A DNA stretch of 64,000 nucleotides from Piromyces finnis finn. Lineage: Eukaryota; Fungi; Neocallimastigomycota. Each line of letters starts with the position of its first letter. Positions within the stretch are counted from its first letter, which is position 1. Location: positions 372,001-436,000 of the forward strand of contig MCFH01000026.1 of the NCBI GenBank assembly GCA_002104945.1, in the 5' to 3' direction. The notes under the pieces are model-generated. The model saw nothing but the letters and a program-made list of their open reading frames with translations. It did no database searches and was not told where the DNA came from. This document shows, one piece after another, positions 39,001 to 51,028 of the stretch. The translations under genes were made by a program, and so were the position numbers.

Positions 39001-42000
39001 CTTTTCAACTATGTAGGCCATTAATTTCATATTATTCACTTTACTGGCGCACATTAATATTTTTTCATAATTTATTTTTTTAAGTTGATTCCTTTTCTTC
39101 GAATGATGATCCATAATAATTGATAAAATTTTCTGATGAATTTCTTTCACAATATAGGTATTATTATGCTTATTCGCATAAAGTAGGATATTTTCATAAT
39201 CGATAGATTTTAAATAAACTAACTTTGAATTTATATTTTGGGGATTCATGATATGATAGAATAGTGTATTAATTTGGGCAGTTTGATGAATTGAACAGGC
39301 CACAAATAAAATCGACTCTATATTTGTCGAGTTGTAAATAAATGATTTATGCTTAAACAGGCATTCTATATAAAATTGAAAATAATGCAAACATTGAATT
39401 TTTCTGGAATCTTCGATACACACCTTCAAAGAGATAAACCTATCGAAAATAAATGATTTAGAATTTATTAAATCTTTAATGATACCTTTTACAAATCCAA
39501 TATCTTCTAGATAACTTAATCCATTTATCACATCAGACATTCTAATATGTTGTACATTAAATTGAGGATGACCCAGTAGTTTATTAAATAAATAACGGAT
39601 GATATCGATTGAATCCCATTCATCTAATTGAGTTAGGATTTGTAAAACTTTTTTAATATTGATATGATTTACTTCAAATGTGTTATGGTTAAAAGATTGA
39701 TCTATTACTAACTTTACCAAATCATGACTTTCTTTATACAAATCATGGATTTCAACGTCAAATTGGCTGTAATAAAAGTCTAATTCATTATACCGAGTAC
39801 TATTCACGTGATCGGAAACAATAAATTGACATGCATAGGATAACAATTTTTCAAATTTTATAAATCTTAAATCCAATATTTCCAGGGAAAAAATGTGTTG
39901 TAGAACGAATGTCATTAAACTCGGGTTATTATAGTGGTATTGAACCATAGTACATAGTATACCATCCAAATGAACAGGATCAATGTTAAAATGAGGCGAA
40001 GAAAAGATCTTTTCAATAAAACATCGTGATATACGAAATCTGAATTTACCAGAAAATTCGTCAGATTGATGAAGATTATTTAAAATGGATGGAATATCTA
40101 TTTTTTGAAGATTAATGTTGGGAAGGGTAAACCAATGATGAATAAATAGTTCTATTAATCGATAATTTCCAGTAGCATTGAATTGTTTCAAAATAGTATT
40201 AAAATCAATTTTATCATATTCAAAGTATTTATTGGATAATACCTTTTTAAGAAGGTAGTGTATTCTCTCTAAATTCTTATCCAAAACATGATATTCATCG
40301 GATAAATACATTGGTGAAAAAAACTTTTCCAAAAAAAGGGTTAAATCAAAAGAAAAGGTATTATTGGGATGAAATAATTTTTCAATAAAACTATAATTAT
40401 TACTATCCAATGCTACACCGACCAATTCACAAAATTGGTTGAAAGTTAAAGATGAAACGAACGAATTTCCATCAAATCTTAATAACAAATCTAGAATTTC
40501 TTTATTATTAAAACCGACCGCTTTTACAAATAGTTCATGATCGATCGGTATTTCCTTTTTTACTTTATTTACAAGAAAACTTTTTAATTGTGAATGTGTT
40601 AAAGGTTGTTTATTTTTATAATGATGCGTGATCATGTTAATACAGAAATCTTCATTATAAACATAATAATTTAAAAAATTTTTCAAAAAAGAATTTTGAT
40701 GATGAATAATTAATTCCCCGATAAATTCCAAAGTTATTTGATAACCTCGTTCATATAAAAATAAAAAAACATTATCATTATTTTCTTGGATATTACCCTC
40801 CCTATCCCTATACAATTTATATAGTTTAGTGGCGATGTCTATTCCTTTGATTTTATAATTAATATCGGCTCCCACCTTTAAGAGTAATCTTGCTATATTA
40901 TATTTTTTATTCGCAATTGCGTTAAAAAGAGGAGATTGATAATTAGTATTTGTTGAATGAGGTTTCTTTATTCTCATCCAATCAACACTACAAGTATAGT
41001 TTAGAGAAGAATAATTTGAGATAATAAACTCCAATATTTTAATAATGGTATCCTTTTCAATGGCATAAATTAAAAAATCAAAGGAATTTTCATCATTAAA
41101 ATAAGATAAATTAATTTTATTTTCTTTTACATATTTAGAAAATCGTTCAATATCATTTTCATTTATATACTGCATCATTATTTGTTTCCTTTCTTTATTT
41201 TTTTCAAGATTTTTTAAATAAAAGTCATCCATGTCAAGATTAATATTTCCATTCCTTACTTTTTCAATAAATAAATCTTTTTTCCTTACCATTGAAGATT
41301 GTTGTTGCTGTCGTTGTTGTTCCCCCTCTTCTTCTTCCTTCTTTAAATTTTCATTATTAAAAAAATGGAAAATATCCTCTAAAATAAGATCCTGTCGCCG
41401 CTTATCATATTGAACTATTATATTTAATGCTTCAAAATTCTCAACTTCTAAAGCAGTTTCATACATGGCCTTATGAATGAAAAATTTTTCATTTGTTTCT
41501 TTATTTATTAAAAGGAAGAGTTGATGATTGGATAAGGTATTTTTTCTACGATAAAAATTTGTTAAAAGGTTCAGAATTACATGAGTATTAAAATAATAAT
41601 TATGAAATAGTAATTTTAATAACAAGTTCTTATGATCTCTTATTAAGGATATGATAAAATCAGATGGGATGGGGATATTCCTTTCCAATAAAAATAATAA
41701 TAATTTTTTGGAAAGATGATTATCAAGGTAAAGTCGAAGTAATAAATCATCACTTTTCATAACATGATCATAATTTTTAGAAATTAAATAATTCAAAAGA
41801 TTATAATTATTTTTATTACTTTCTACTACTAAAAGATTATAAAAAAAGGAGCTATCGTTGGATACTTCAGCCTGAAAATGTTGATCATCGATATGTTGAA
41901 ATAAAAAATGAATCAGGGTTTGAGAAACATTATTTTCTAACGCTCTACGATAGTAATTCCCAATATTTCCTTCAAGAATAAATTTTCTATTTATCTGATG

Positions 42001-42900
42001 ATCTTTGATATAACTTTTAAGTTCTAATACCTTATTATTTAAGACCATGCCAATTATATTCCCTTCTTCTTCCCTAGTAATAATTCTTTCATATCCAACT
42101 AAACATTGGGGAGGCATGGCAGGTAGAGTTAGTTTTTTATTTTTAATTGCATGTAATAACTCATTTTTTAGAGTGGGTGAAACTAATGTTTCAAAAATCT
42201 TATGGATTACTCCATTTTTATTCTCCGTTGTTCTCGGATCATAAAAATATAAATGATGAAAACCTTTATAATTTCTATGAATTAATGCAACCTTATACCA
42301 CTGATCATAAAAATACATTTTATTATTTCTATCAATAACGTTCTCCAATTGAAAGGTTAATAAAGGTGTTTTCTTTTTGTAATAGTTTTCAAGTATATTC
42401 AAAATAAATTCATTATTCAATACAAAACAGGTTAAACAATATTTTAATGCTACATTAATATGTCTTTTGATTATATCCTCAATAAAATGACTAGAAAGTT
42501 TATACCCATGATTTAATAAAAATAAATAATTTTTATCATCTACATTAATGTTGTAATAAACACTTGCACCATATTTAATTAATAAATTAGCAATTTTATA
42601 ATTTTCATGATATAATGCGTATAAAAGTGGGGAATATTGATGGGTCGTTGTTGTTAAACGTGTTATATAATCTAGAGTGGTATATTTCCCTTGTCGAATA
42701 ATATATTCAATAATTTCTACAGAACTATTAATTCCAATACATTCTAACAAAATATCAATTGTTTTACTGTAGTGATAGGTTAATTTCTTTAGTTCAAAAT
42801 TATTTTCATAAATAAATATTTTAAATTCAATTAAAGAACATGACTTTTTATTTTTTAATTTATCTATTAACTTTTGTAGAATAATCTCGTTTTTTATCAT
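36064..42900 (-). CDS. Single-exon 2278-aa ankyrin-repeat/helical-repeat protein
   Basis: Uninterrupted ORF; ankyrin motifs such as SPLLYALYHENYKIANLLIKYGA, YGYSILHYAILKEDLRMIKTLIQYGADI, GDTALKIAIQLGNRDIISYLIENKA, TPLKFAILLRKVYIIKYLVHHSADIN. Confidence 0.9.
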   Translation of the reverse strand: MIKNEIILQKLIDKLKNKKSCSLIEFKIFIYENNFELKKLTYHYSKTIDILLECIGINSSVEIIEYIIRQGKYTTLDYITRLTTTTHQYSPLLYALYHENYKIANLLIKYGASVYYNINVDDKNYLFLLNHGYKLSSHFIEDIIKRHINVALKYCLTCFVLNNEFILNILENYYKKKTPLLTFQLENVIDRNNKMYFYDQWYKVALIHRNYKGFHHLYFYDPRTTENKNGVIHKIFETLVSPTLKNELLHAIKNKKLTLPAMPPQCLVGYERIITREEEGNIIGMVLNNKVLELKSYIKDHQINRKFILEGNIGNYYRRALENNVSQTLIHFLFQHIDDQHFQAEVSNDSSFFYNLLVVESNKNNYNLLNYLISKNYDHVMKSDDLLLRLYLDNHLSKKLLLFLLERNIPIPSDFIISLIRDHKNLLLKLLFHNYYFNTHVILNLLTNFYRRKNTLSNHQLFLLINKETNEKFFIHKAMYETALEVENFEALNIIVQYDKRRQDLILEDIFHFFNNENLKKEEEEGEQQRQQQQSSMVRKKDLFIEKVRNGNINLDMDDFYLKNLEKNKERKQIMMQYINENDIERFSKYVKENKINLSYFNDENSFDFLIYAIEKDTIIKILEFIISNYSSLNYTCSVDWMRIKKPHSTNTNYQSPLFNAIANKKYNIARLLLKVGADINYKIKGIDIATKLYKLYRDREGNIQENNDNVFLFLYERGYQITLEFIGELIIHHQNSFLKNFLNYYVYNEDFCINMITHHYKNKQPLTHSQLKSFLVNKVKKEIPIDHELFVKAVGFNNKEILDLLLRFDGNSFVSSLTFNQFCELVGVALDSNNYSFIEKLFHPNNTFSFDLTLFLEKFFSPMYLSDEYHVLDKNLERIHYLLKKVLSNKYFEYDKIDFNTILKQFNATGNYRLIELFIHHWFTLPNINLQKIDIPSILNNLHQSDEFSGKFRFRISRCFIEKIFSSPHFNIDPVHLDGILCTMVQYHYNNPSLMTFVLQHIFSLEILDLRFIKFEKLLSYACQFIVSDHVNSTRYNELDFYYSQFDVEIHDLYKESHDLVKLVIDQSFNHNTFEVNHINIKKVLQILTQLDEWDSIDIIRYLFNKLLGHPQFNVQHIRMSDVINGLSYLEDIGFVKGIIKDLINSKSFIFDRFISLKVCIEDSRKIQCLHYFQFYIECLFKHKSFIYNSTNIESILFVACSIHQTAQINTLFYHIMNPQNINSKLVYLKSIDYENILLYANKHNNTYIVKEIHQKILSIIMDHHSKKRNQLKKINYEKILMCASKVNNMKLMAYIVEKVLNVTLINITGKEGMDKKRQRTKLGIGYIKDNMDSSYLSLIINVLIKLNQLEYVKYIVVTKKLKSMVKINTKDRNGDLPIKTILSTSFSNDDGKKHIREERNLELLDFFLSIDKNNYRLSHPNNNFLLELPIKYKNYQILNRLMKNNNISLKFGFEQNDLSTISSFVHAVCTNDINKLELRIKEVKDKSFMSNTSQHLIHNDPFHGFTLIILSYLLNYPNLTTYLIPYCDINELDEYGYSILHYAILKEDLRMIKTLIQYGADIYGRKSRIRNIKSPMEISLILKNKEIYLMIFQQMNNDDLSEGYPTTTIYGSIMERKDFSMEEKKQWIKSMIEQVLSCPKRNKALQDMKEALFYIIKNKSESSFMKIFIKDNIDIFSVDIIREIIKCDRIDLLKLLLPSYIIPFYHDANLLFFDAIKFNSAKIIEYLINNDFNLRIDNYLFKELIQETSFEVFQILWPIYINKVVNINKKDIRILLRCAIEKENLKIIQYLFHNGVSTEEIDENVIKKVIDENRLEVLKLLIQIRYNEQLENQMEGDILVYAIRNANLSIIQYLIDCHIDTKKINDEKIIRYIIFGNHYDLLKYFYSKNIIDIDSSKSGMFLYIAMNNAFQLFKNNEIGCLQFLVENGVDINVHYNDKPLLFSLLFKLFKKNSYRHYYLIKYFIDHGANVDISDGEETFIGRMIENGYDLVMIKYIVENGATDINYKNKKYYTYLMTAVIHNRMDVIRYLVEETGINIHSENKNGDTALKIAIQLGNRDIISYLIENKAKYKYNEKKPTITELSFDIINQRMDRIKDLMNKKFQNPNNNYYKYPYKVDPIHVAMKVGNLSIIKDLLKYKQTTDYSLLLLDAIREGHVDMVKYFIDQGIDVNHHLERNDTFLLNSIENGSITIINYLIESGADINFPGREENRILYTPLKFAILLRKVYIIKYLVHHSADINKIPPFNSGTPLYFALLSKNDDIIQFIKKHGGIIKE

Positions 42901-45900
42901 ATTACGTCTTTGTTAAAATAATACAGGTGAATAAAATATATAAAAAGAATTAACATAATAAATTTTGAAACCCAACCAAAGAAAAATTTTTATATTTATT
43001 GAAAAAAAAAAATGAAATCATGAAATTACTACACTTTAATTTTCCAAAAAAAATCTTTATTGAGTCATCCATAAAAGTTTAAAGTGCTTTATTTAACATT
43101 TATTTATTTATTTATTTATTTATTTATATATATATATAAAGTCTTTCTAAAAGTTATTTATTAAAATATAAAATAATAATAATTTTAATAAATATTATTT
43201 AACAAATATCTATAAAACGATCAACAATAACAATTTTTTTGATGCAACAACAATAATATATAAAAAAAAAAAAAAACCTTTTCAAAATCTTTATCTTAAT
43301 AAACCCTATAAAATAAGAAATAGTTCCAATTATATTTTTTTTTTTTGAGAAACATTTTTTAAATTAATTTTACAAAATATTATGATTCTCTATAATAAAA
43401 CTTTTTTTATTTTTAATACGATATTTAAACCATCTGAATCAGAAAAAATAAGAAATAATCATTATTTTTCATATAAATGGTTTATAAAAAATGTGTATAA
43501 ACATCAATAATCGTATAACAAAGAAAATAAAGGATTATCTATTTCTCTTTTTCTTATTTTCTAATTATTTATAAAGATGGAGTACTCTATAATCAGAATT
43601 TTTATGATTATGGTATGATTACTCTTTAATATATAATATATATTGAACAATATAATTATTAAATGTGTTGAATACAATAAATAAATAAAAACACACACAC
43701 ACACACGATTATTAATATAAAAAATAGGATAAACAAAATCATATGTATATTATATATATTATAGTTTTTAATATATAATTATTCTCTTTTTTTTTTTTTT
43801 TTATTTTGTGATTAGAGCTAAAATTTTAAATAATTATTAGTGATTAGGTTTTATTTAAGATTTTTAAAAATAATATAAATAAATGTTAATCAATAATAAA
43901 TTCGTATAGAGTAAAATTAAATCTTTTTTATGTTAATATTAAAAATATTATTTTTATATAATTATTTATCATTTATAAAAACTCTCATTAATAATTATTA
44001 GTATTATCAATTCTTTTATAATTTCTTTTTCTTTTTACTACTTTGTGTTTTAATTTACTACCTTTTTAAATTTTTTTTTTTAAATGATTTTAAAATTTAA
44101 TTTTATACAAAAAAGGTAAATTAAAAAGTTTAATTAAATTTATTAATAAAAAATTAAAAATTAATTAAAAAGTTTTTTTTTTTTTTTTGTTTTTAGTTTT
44201 TAGTTTTTTGTCTTTGTTTTAACTGTTAACTATTTTACTTTTTTTTTAACTATTATTATTATAATTACTATTTACTTAATTACTCTTAATTTGATAGTTT
44301 AAAAAGAGTTAAATTCTATTAATGATGATGATCATTTAAAATAATATAATTTATAAAAAAAAATTAATTTATATTTAATTATTTCTTTATAAAAAAAAAA
44401 TTAAAAGACTTTATTTTATTAAAAAAAAGTAAGGCCTTTTTTTTTTTTTTCTAAATTCAAGTTTGATTCCTAAATACACGTTTTTTTTTATTTTTATTTT
44501 TATTTTTAATCATTTCCTACTTTAAATATAATTTAAAATTTTACTGCATCTAATTAGTATATATTAAAAAAAAAAATAATTAAAATAAATAAATTAATGT
44601 ATAATTTTTAATTTGTTTTTTTTTTATTTTTTATTTTTTAGTTTTCTTATATGTATATAAAGAGTAATAGTCATTTTTTTTAAAAAAAAAATTAAACTAA
44701 AAAAAAAAATTAAAAATAAAATAAAAAAATAATAAAAAAAAAAGAAAAGTTTTTTTATTTTTTCTTTTAAATAAGAAAAAATAAAAGAATTTTTTTCTAA
44801 AAGATAAAAAGGTTAATGATCCATTAAATATCTATTTTACAATTATTATTTATTATTTTTATATTATATTATATACAAAATAAAAAATTATAATAAAAGA
44901 TGTATATAAATATGAAATAAATCAAATAATTATAACTGAAAACGTTCATTTATTATAATAAAAGGATATATATAAGATAAAGATTAATAAAACGATAAAC
45001 TATATAATTTTTATAAATAAATTCAGTTTTTTAAAACATTAAAATATTATCACAATCTTGTATAAATATTTTACTAGGATTAAAAAATTAATTAAAATAA
45101 CAGAAGAAAATATTTAATGTTTATTAGAAGGTGTATCCTTTTTATAGAAATATATATGCATAGTTATAAAATTCTTTAAAATCGACTATTTTTGAATATA
45201 TATACATATATAAAAAGAAAGAAATATATAAAAAATAATATCAATTCTCTATATACAAAATTTTTAAATATATAAAAAAATAATGGGAATAAAAAAAATA
45301 AATATATATAAATATAATAATAATAATAACTTTATATTAACTTCTTTTTTTCTCTTTATGTATATATAATTAAACATAAACTTTATTAATACCTTATATT
45401 AGATTGAAATAAAGTTGTTTTTTTTTTTAATGGATGAATATAATATTTTATAAAAAAAAATACTTTATTTAATTAAAGAACAGTAATTTTTGGATATATT
45501 TAAAAAAAAATGAAAGTTCTTTAACTCAAAAAGAAAGGTAAATTTAAAAAAATAACAAAAGTTTAATTATTTAATGATTAAAATAAAAATAAAAAAAACT
45601 AGTAATAATAATATTAATGACTGCTTTTTTATTATTATATTTTACATATCTATAAATTAAATAACATCCTATAGAAAAAATTTTTGATTGTTTTTATTTA
45701 GGAAGAGAAATAAAAAGGGGAAAAAAAAAGTTATTTAAAAAAAATAACTCTTTTTTTTTTTTATTATTATTATTAAATAAAAACTACTAATTAAATATCA
45801 TTCAAAAATTTTATGTAATATTTTTGGAAACAAAAATAAAAAACAATATCAAAAACTGAAGAAAAAAACCATTATATAAAAGTTAAGATTATCATTAAAA

Positions 45901-46874
45901 AAAAAAAGAAGAAGCAAGAAATATATTTTATTTTTTCTTTTATATAATTATACCTCTTTAAAAAAAATATCAAATAATTGTAATTAAAAAAAAAAGTATA
46001 AATAATTATCGACATCACAACACTTTTAACGATATAATATTAATAAATTATTAAAATTATCTAGTTATTATTGTAAATATTAAAAGTATAGAAAATAAAA
46101 ACTCTCTACTATATAATTTATATATAATAATTTTATTTTTTTTTATTTAATATTAACAAACCTTTTTTATATATATATATATATATATTATATACATATA
46201 ACACATATAATCAATGCTTATGATAGTTATTTACAATTAAACAAAAAAAGTTTTCATATTATCATTAATAATAATAATTAATTAAACAACTTATCCTTAT
46301 TTTTTTAATACCTTTAAAAAAATATTATTATTAAAATAATTAAATATTGAAAACGAAAATAAAAAAATATTTTTTTTAAAAAAATAATACAAAGGCAATA
46401 TAAAAAATATAAAAAAAAATAATTATTTTCAAAAAAAGGGGAAATATAAAAAACGAATAATAAAAAAAAGTCAACTTTATAAACAAAAAATACGTGATTA
46501 TATAATATTATTTATTATTATTATTGAAAAAGAAAGAAAAAAAAGTATATAGCATAATACAATTCAATATCTGAGAAGTCAGCAATATTAATAATAATAT
46601 ATTATTGAATAATAAAATAACTCGTTTTAGTTAAAAAAAAAAAAACTTTTTTTCTTTCTTTCTCTAAAGCATTTCAATTAAGCAAGCAAGCCTTAATTCA
46701 AATATAATTAATTAATATACCTTTACACAATTCAACACTTTTTTTATTTATTTATTTTAACAGTTTTTAAAAAATCATTTTGTAAATAATAACATCACAT
46801 TTAATAACAATAAAAACACACACATACACACTTACCCACACATCTAAAACAACAATAATAATAATTATATCAAA

Positions 46875-47786
46875 ATGGATAGTGCCCAATTGGATAAACG
46901 TCTTAGTACAGCCAATATAGATGATGTAATTAATATAATATTTCTTTTCCATTCATTAAGATATAAAATAAAAAAAAAATTTTTTAAATAATTGATATCA
47001 TCATCATCATCAAACTCCTCCATGCTAACTTTTTTTATATTTATTAAAGAATCTTGCAAATAGATTATTATCCGAAAGAAAAAAAGAACACTATATAATG
47101 GTAGTTTTTCTTTATAAAAAAATAGTTTAGTTTATTTAATATATATATACCAATATAAAGAAAAAACTAATTATATAATAAAATGAATTAAAAATCGTAA
47201 AAATAGATGAAACAGAAAACAGAAGATGAAATTGAAATAAATGATATAGAACCAGAAAGAAGATTTATAAGAAGGTTTTCGTCTGACCGTGTAAGTTTTA
47301 TTTTTTAAAAAAAAATTATTTTTCAATATTTATATAATACTATGATATGATAATTATATAATTTTAAATTATTATAAATAAATATTATATTTTTTCCTAT
47401 TGCTAATTTATATAAATATGTTTCATATTATATACATTAAAATATAATAATAAAAATGTTTCTTTAAAAAAAAGTCAATATATCAAAATAATGAAATAGA
47501 TATGTGGAAAAATGTTAAAGTAATAAGGCAAATAGGAAAGGGAACTACTGGTAAAATATATAGATGTATTGATTTAAACTATAATATTCCAGTAGCTATT
47601 AAAGTTGAAAATATAGTACAAAATAAATCTCATCTCTATGAAGAATATAAAATGTTAAAATATCTAAATAGTGTTGGTACGTGATCCGAATAAAATAAAA
47701 TAAAATAAACATAATATATCACACATAGAATGAAAGTTATATACAATTGATAAAATAATAAATATAACTAATAATAATAATAATAA

Positions 47787-47837
<51 letters not shown>

Positions 47838-47898
47838 GTTTATTATTATGTTTATTATTATGTTTATTATTATGTTTATTATTATGTTTATTATTATG

Positions 47899-47930
<32 letters not shown>

Positions 47931-49533
47931 GTTTAATGTTTATTAATAATTATAAAAAAATAATTTTTTTTACATATTTGATATCTAGATGGTATACCAG
48001 CTGTTTATGATTTTAAAACTTCAGATACCAATCAAATCATGGTAATGGAATTGTTAGGTCCATCTGTCGATTCTATGTTTAGATATTGTGGTAAATCTTT
48101 TTCTATGAAAACGATATGTATGTTAGCCAAACGTATGATTTCCTTATTAGAAAGTGTCCATAAAAAAGGAGTCGTCTACAGAGATATTAAGCCAGAAAAC
48201 TTTGTTGTAGGAAATGGTAATTAAAATTATAAAAAAAAAAGAATTAGATAAAATAGATAGAATTGATAGAACAAATAAGAATAGATAGGATTTTTATATT
48301 ATTATAATTTTAAAAAAAAAAGGATAATCATAATTAATAATTAATAATCAATATTAAATAACTAATGTCAAATAATCAATAATATCGTATTTTTATAATA
48401 ACACTCATCTTTTTTTTTATTTAATATAAATTTATCTATAATCGTTTTTAATTCTATTGACAAAAAAAAAAGTGATCACATTAAAAGATGAAGATTTAGA
48501 AAATTCAAGTGATGATTCTATTTCAACAGAAACCAACTCTATACCAATAAAAAATCATATTGCCTATCAACGTGATATTAAAAAAAGAAAAGGAAAAATA
48601 TATAATAGTCTTTCACCCAATTTTATAGATTCCTATTTAGATTTTGATGACATGAGCCCACAAGAACATCCTCTTAATCAAATCTATCTTTTAGATTTTG
48701 GTTTATCTGAATTTTATATTGATAGAAATACATGTGTTCATGTTCAAAATCGTCTAAGACCTCCATGTGGTACACCAAGATATATGAGTATAAGAACTCA
48801 TCAATTTAGACGTAATATTTTAATATATAAATAAATTATAATATTATAATAAAAATATTAGTATAACAATAAAAACAATAATAATAATAATAATAATACA
48901 TTATATAATATATATTTGTTTATATATCATATTATCATTAATAAATATTTAGAACAAAGCAGAAGAGATGATTTGGAATCTTTAGGATATCTCTTGTTAT
49001 ACTTTTTAAAGAAAGGAAATTTACCATGGCAAGGAATTACAGCAACAGATGTTAAATCCATGATCTATCGTATATGGGATAAAAAAGAAACCATTCCTTT
49101 AGAAAAATTATTTAAAGATTGTCCCGAACAATTTGTAACCTATATGAGTTATACAAGAAATTTAAATTTCACTGAAAAACCTGATTATAACTATTTGAGA
49201 AGTCTTTTTGATGAAATATTGAAATCTATAAATGAAGAAGATGATGGTATATTTGATTGGTATATTCAAATACAAAAAGAACAAGAAAAAAAAGACAACT
49301 TTTGTCGTCGTCTTATATATCGTATATTCCATTCCTCATCTTCATCTACAAAATGTACCTCACCAAGTCTTCTACTTGACATTCAAGTCAATAAAAATTC
49401 AATTGAGAAAGTTACAAAAAGTAATAGGGATCAATTTACTATTATTGGTTTTTTCAAAAGAAAATTCAAAAAAGTAATAAAAAGTTATTGGAAATGGCTT
49501 AAAAGATATATTGTTTTCATTAGAACGATGTAA
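46875..49533 (+). CDS. Casein kinase 1 family Ser/Thr kinase, multi-exon, atypical
   Basis: IGKGTTG, VAIKVE, HLYEEYKMLKYL, GIPAVY, MVMELLGPSV, FSMKTICMLAKRMI, YRDIKPENF, LLDFGLS, GTPRYMS, QSRRDDLESLGY, LPWQG, LNFTEKPDYNYLR. 5' exons (46875-46925 MDSAQLDKRLSTANIDD; 47207-47288) are tentative; core 47500-49533 is solid. Confidence 0.88.
47773..47935. repeat. Compound intronic microsatellite (AAT)n/(ATT)n/(TTATTATGT)n in the CK1 gene
   Basis: Read directly; source of the spurious poly-Leu/Cys ORF. Confidence 0.95.
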
Positions 49534-50065
49534 ATATAAAGTATAAAAGTATAAAGTTTTTAAAGAGAAGAAGGAAAAAGAAGAAAAAAGGATTTGTTTT
49601 ATAAAAATAATAAATAAATAAATAATATTAAAATCATTTATAGTCTACTTTTATTTTTCTTTTTTTTTTAATTTCTTTTTTTTTTTTTTATTTTTTTTTT
49701 AAATCTATTTCATATTATTTACTTTAGCAAAATAAGATAAAAAAATCTACCTAAAAAGTTTATGATATTCAAATAATAAATAAATAAATAAATAATATAG
49801 TAAATAAAATAAAAAATGAAAAAAAAAAAAGTAATTATGATAAGTAACAGAAAAACAAAAATAAAAAAAAAATGAATAATAAATTATTTTATTTATATTT
49901 AAATGGGGGAAGAAAGATTTTAAAAAAAAAATGAAAAGTAAATTATCATTATTAATGGAAGTAATTAAAATATATATATATAATAAATAATGTTAATAAT
50001 AAAAAGTGAGAGAATGAAAATATTATAAAAATTTCTAAATAAATAAAATAAAAGTAAAAGATAAT

Positions 50066-50099
<34 letters not shown>

Positions 50100-50589
50100 T
50101 AGAAAGTAGTTGTAGTCTTTGATGATATTTTCTTAATATATAAAAACATAATAATTGAAAAATGAATTATAATTATAAAATACTGTAAAAGTATTAAATT
50201 ATTATTATTTTTCCACAAAAAAACTAAAAGTTTCTATTTATAATTTTATAAATAATAATATTTAATAAATTAATAAGAATATCCGATAGCAGTTCCTTTA
50301 GGATAAAAAGAAATGAGTTTTAATTCAAATTAATTTGATCTTATACACTATTAAACTTTTTTCCCTACTCTTTATAGTATTATGATCCTTTTTTAAAGAT
50401 GGAATGATCCTCTTTTTTTTTTTTGGTTTTTTAATATTTATTTAGGTATAAAACAATTCCAAAATTATTCTATATTTTATCATAAAAGTAGCAAGCAAGC
50501 ATTAATATTTATTAATAGATAATAAAAAAAGAAGAAAAGAAACTTAATTTTATTGTTTTAACGATTTCAACTAACAATTGTACTTGTTT

Positions 50590-50662
50590 TTTATTTATTA
50601 TATTTATTATATTTATTATATTTATTATATTTATTATATTTATTATATTTATTATATTTATT
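50590..50662. repeat. (TATTTATTA)n 9-mer tandem repeat
   Basis: About 8 copies, read directly. Confidence 0.9.
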
Positions 50663-51028
50663 TAAAAAAAAATAATAATATTTATATTTATATATTTATA
50701 CTTTATAAATAATAATTATTGACTAACGATAAATCAATAATTTAATGAAAAAAGTACTTTGATAATAAGAATGTTATTGATAATCTTATATATATTTATA
50801 ATATGCTAAAAATTTAACACATAAATAATTATTATAATACTAATAATAATATGAATTTAAAGTAGTTTTTCATTTTCTCTCTTTCTTTTATTTAAAAAAA
50901 AGTAAAATAAAAAAGAAAAAGTAAAAATGTACTTTATTTTTAATGTACAAATATACATTTTTTTTAATCATGTTAATATATATTGTTTATTTTTTTTTAA
51001 ATATTATTACTATTTCTAACAATGTAAA

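Noticed and set aside
38654-42338. Small plus-strand ORFs inside the ankyrin gene
   Set aside because: Antisense shadows of a long CDS.
43000-46800. Long intergenic region as a hidden gene or element
   Set aside because: Only poly-A/T tracts and microsatellites seen; no ORF, TIR or structured RNA I can support.
47786-48010. Poly-Leu/Cys 74-aa ORF resembling a membrane peptide
   Set aside because: Translation of an intronic ATT/TTATTATGT microsatellite.
46679-50500. AGCAAGCAAGC on both sides of the CK1 gene
   Set aside because: Short (AGCA)n microsatellite; flanks are not similar, so not an LTR or TSD.
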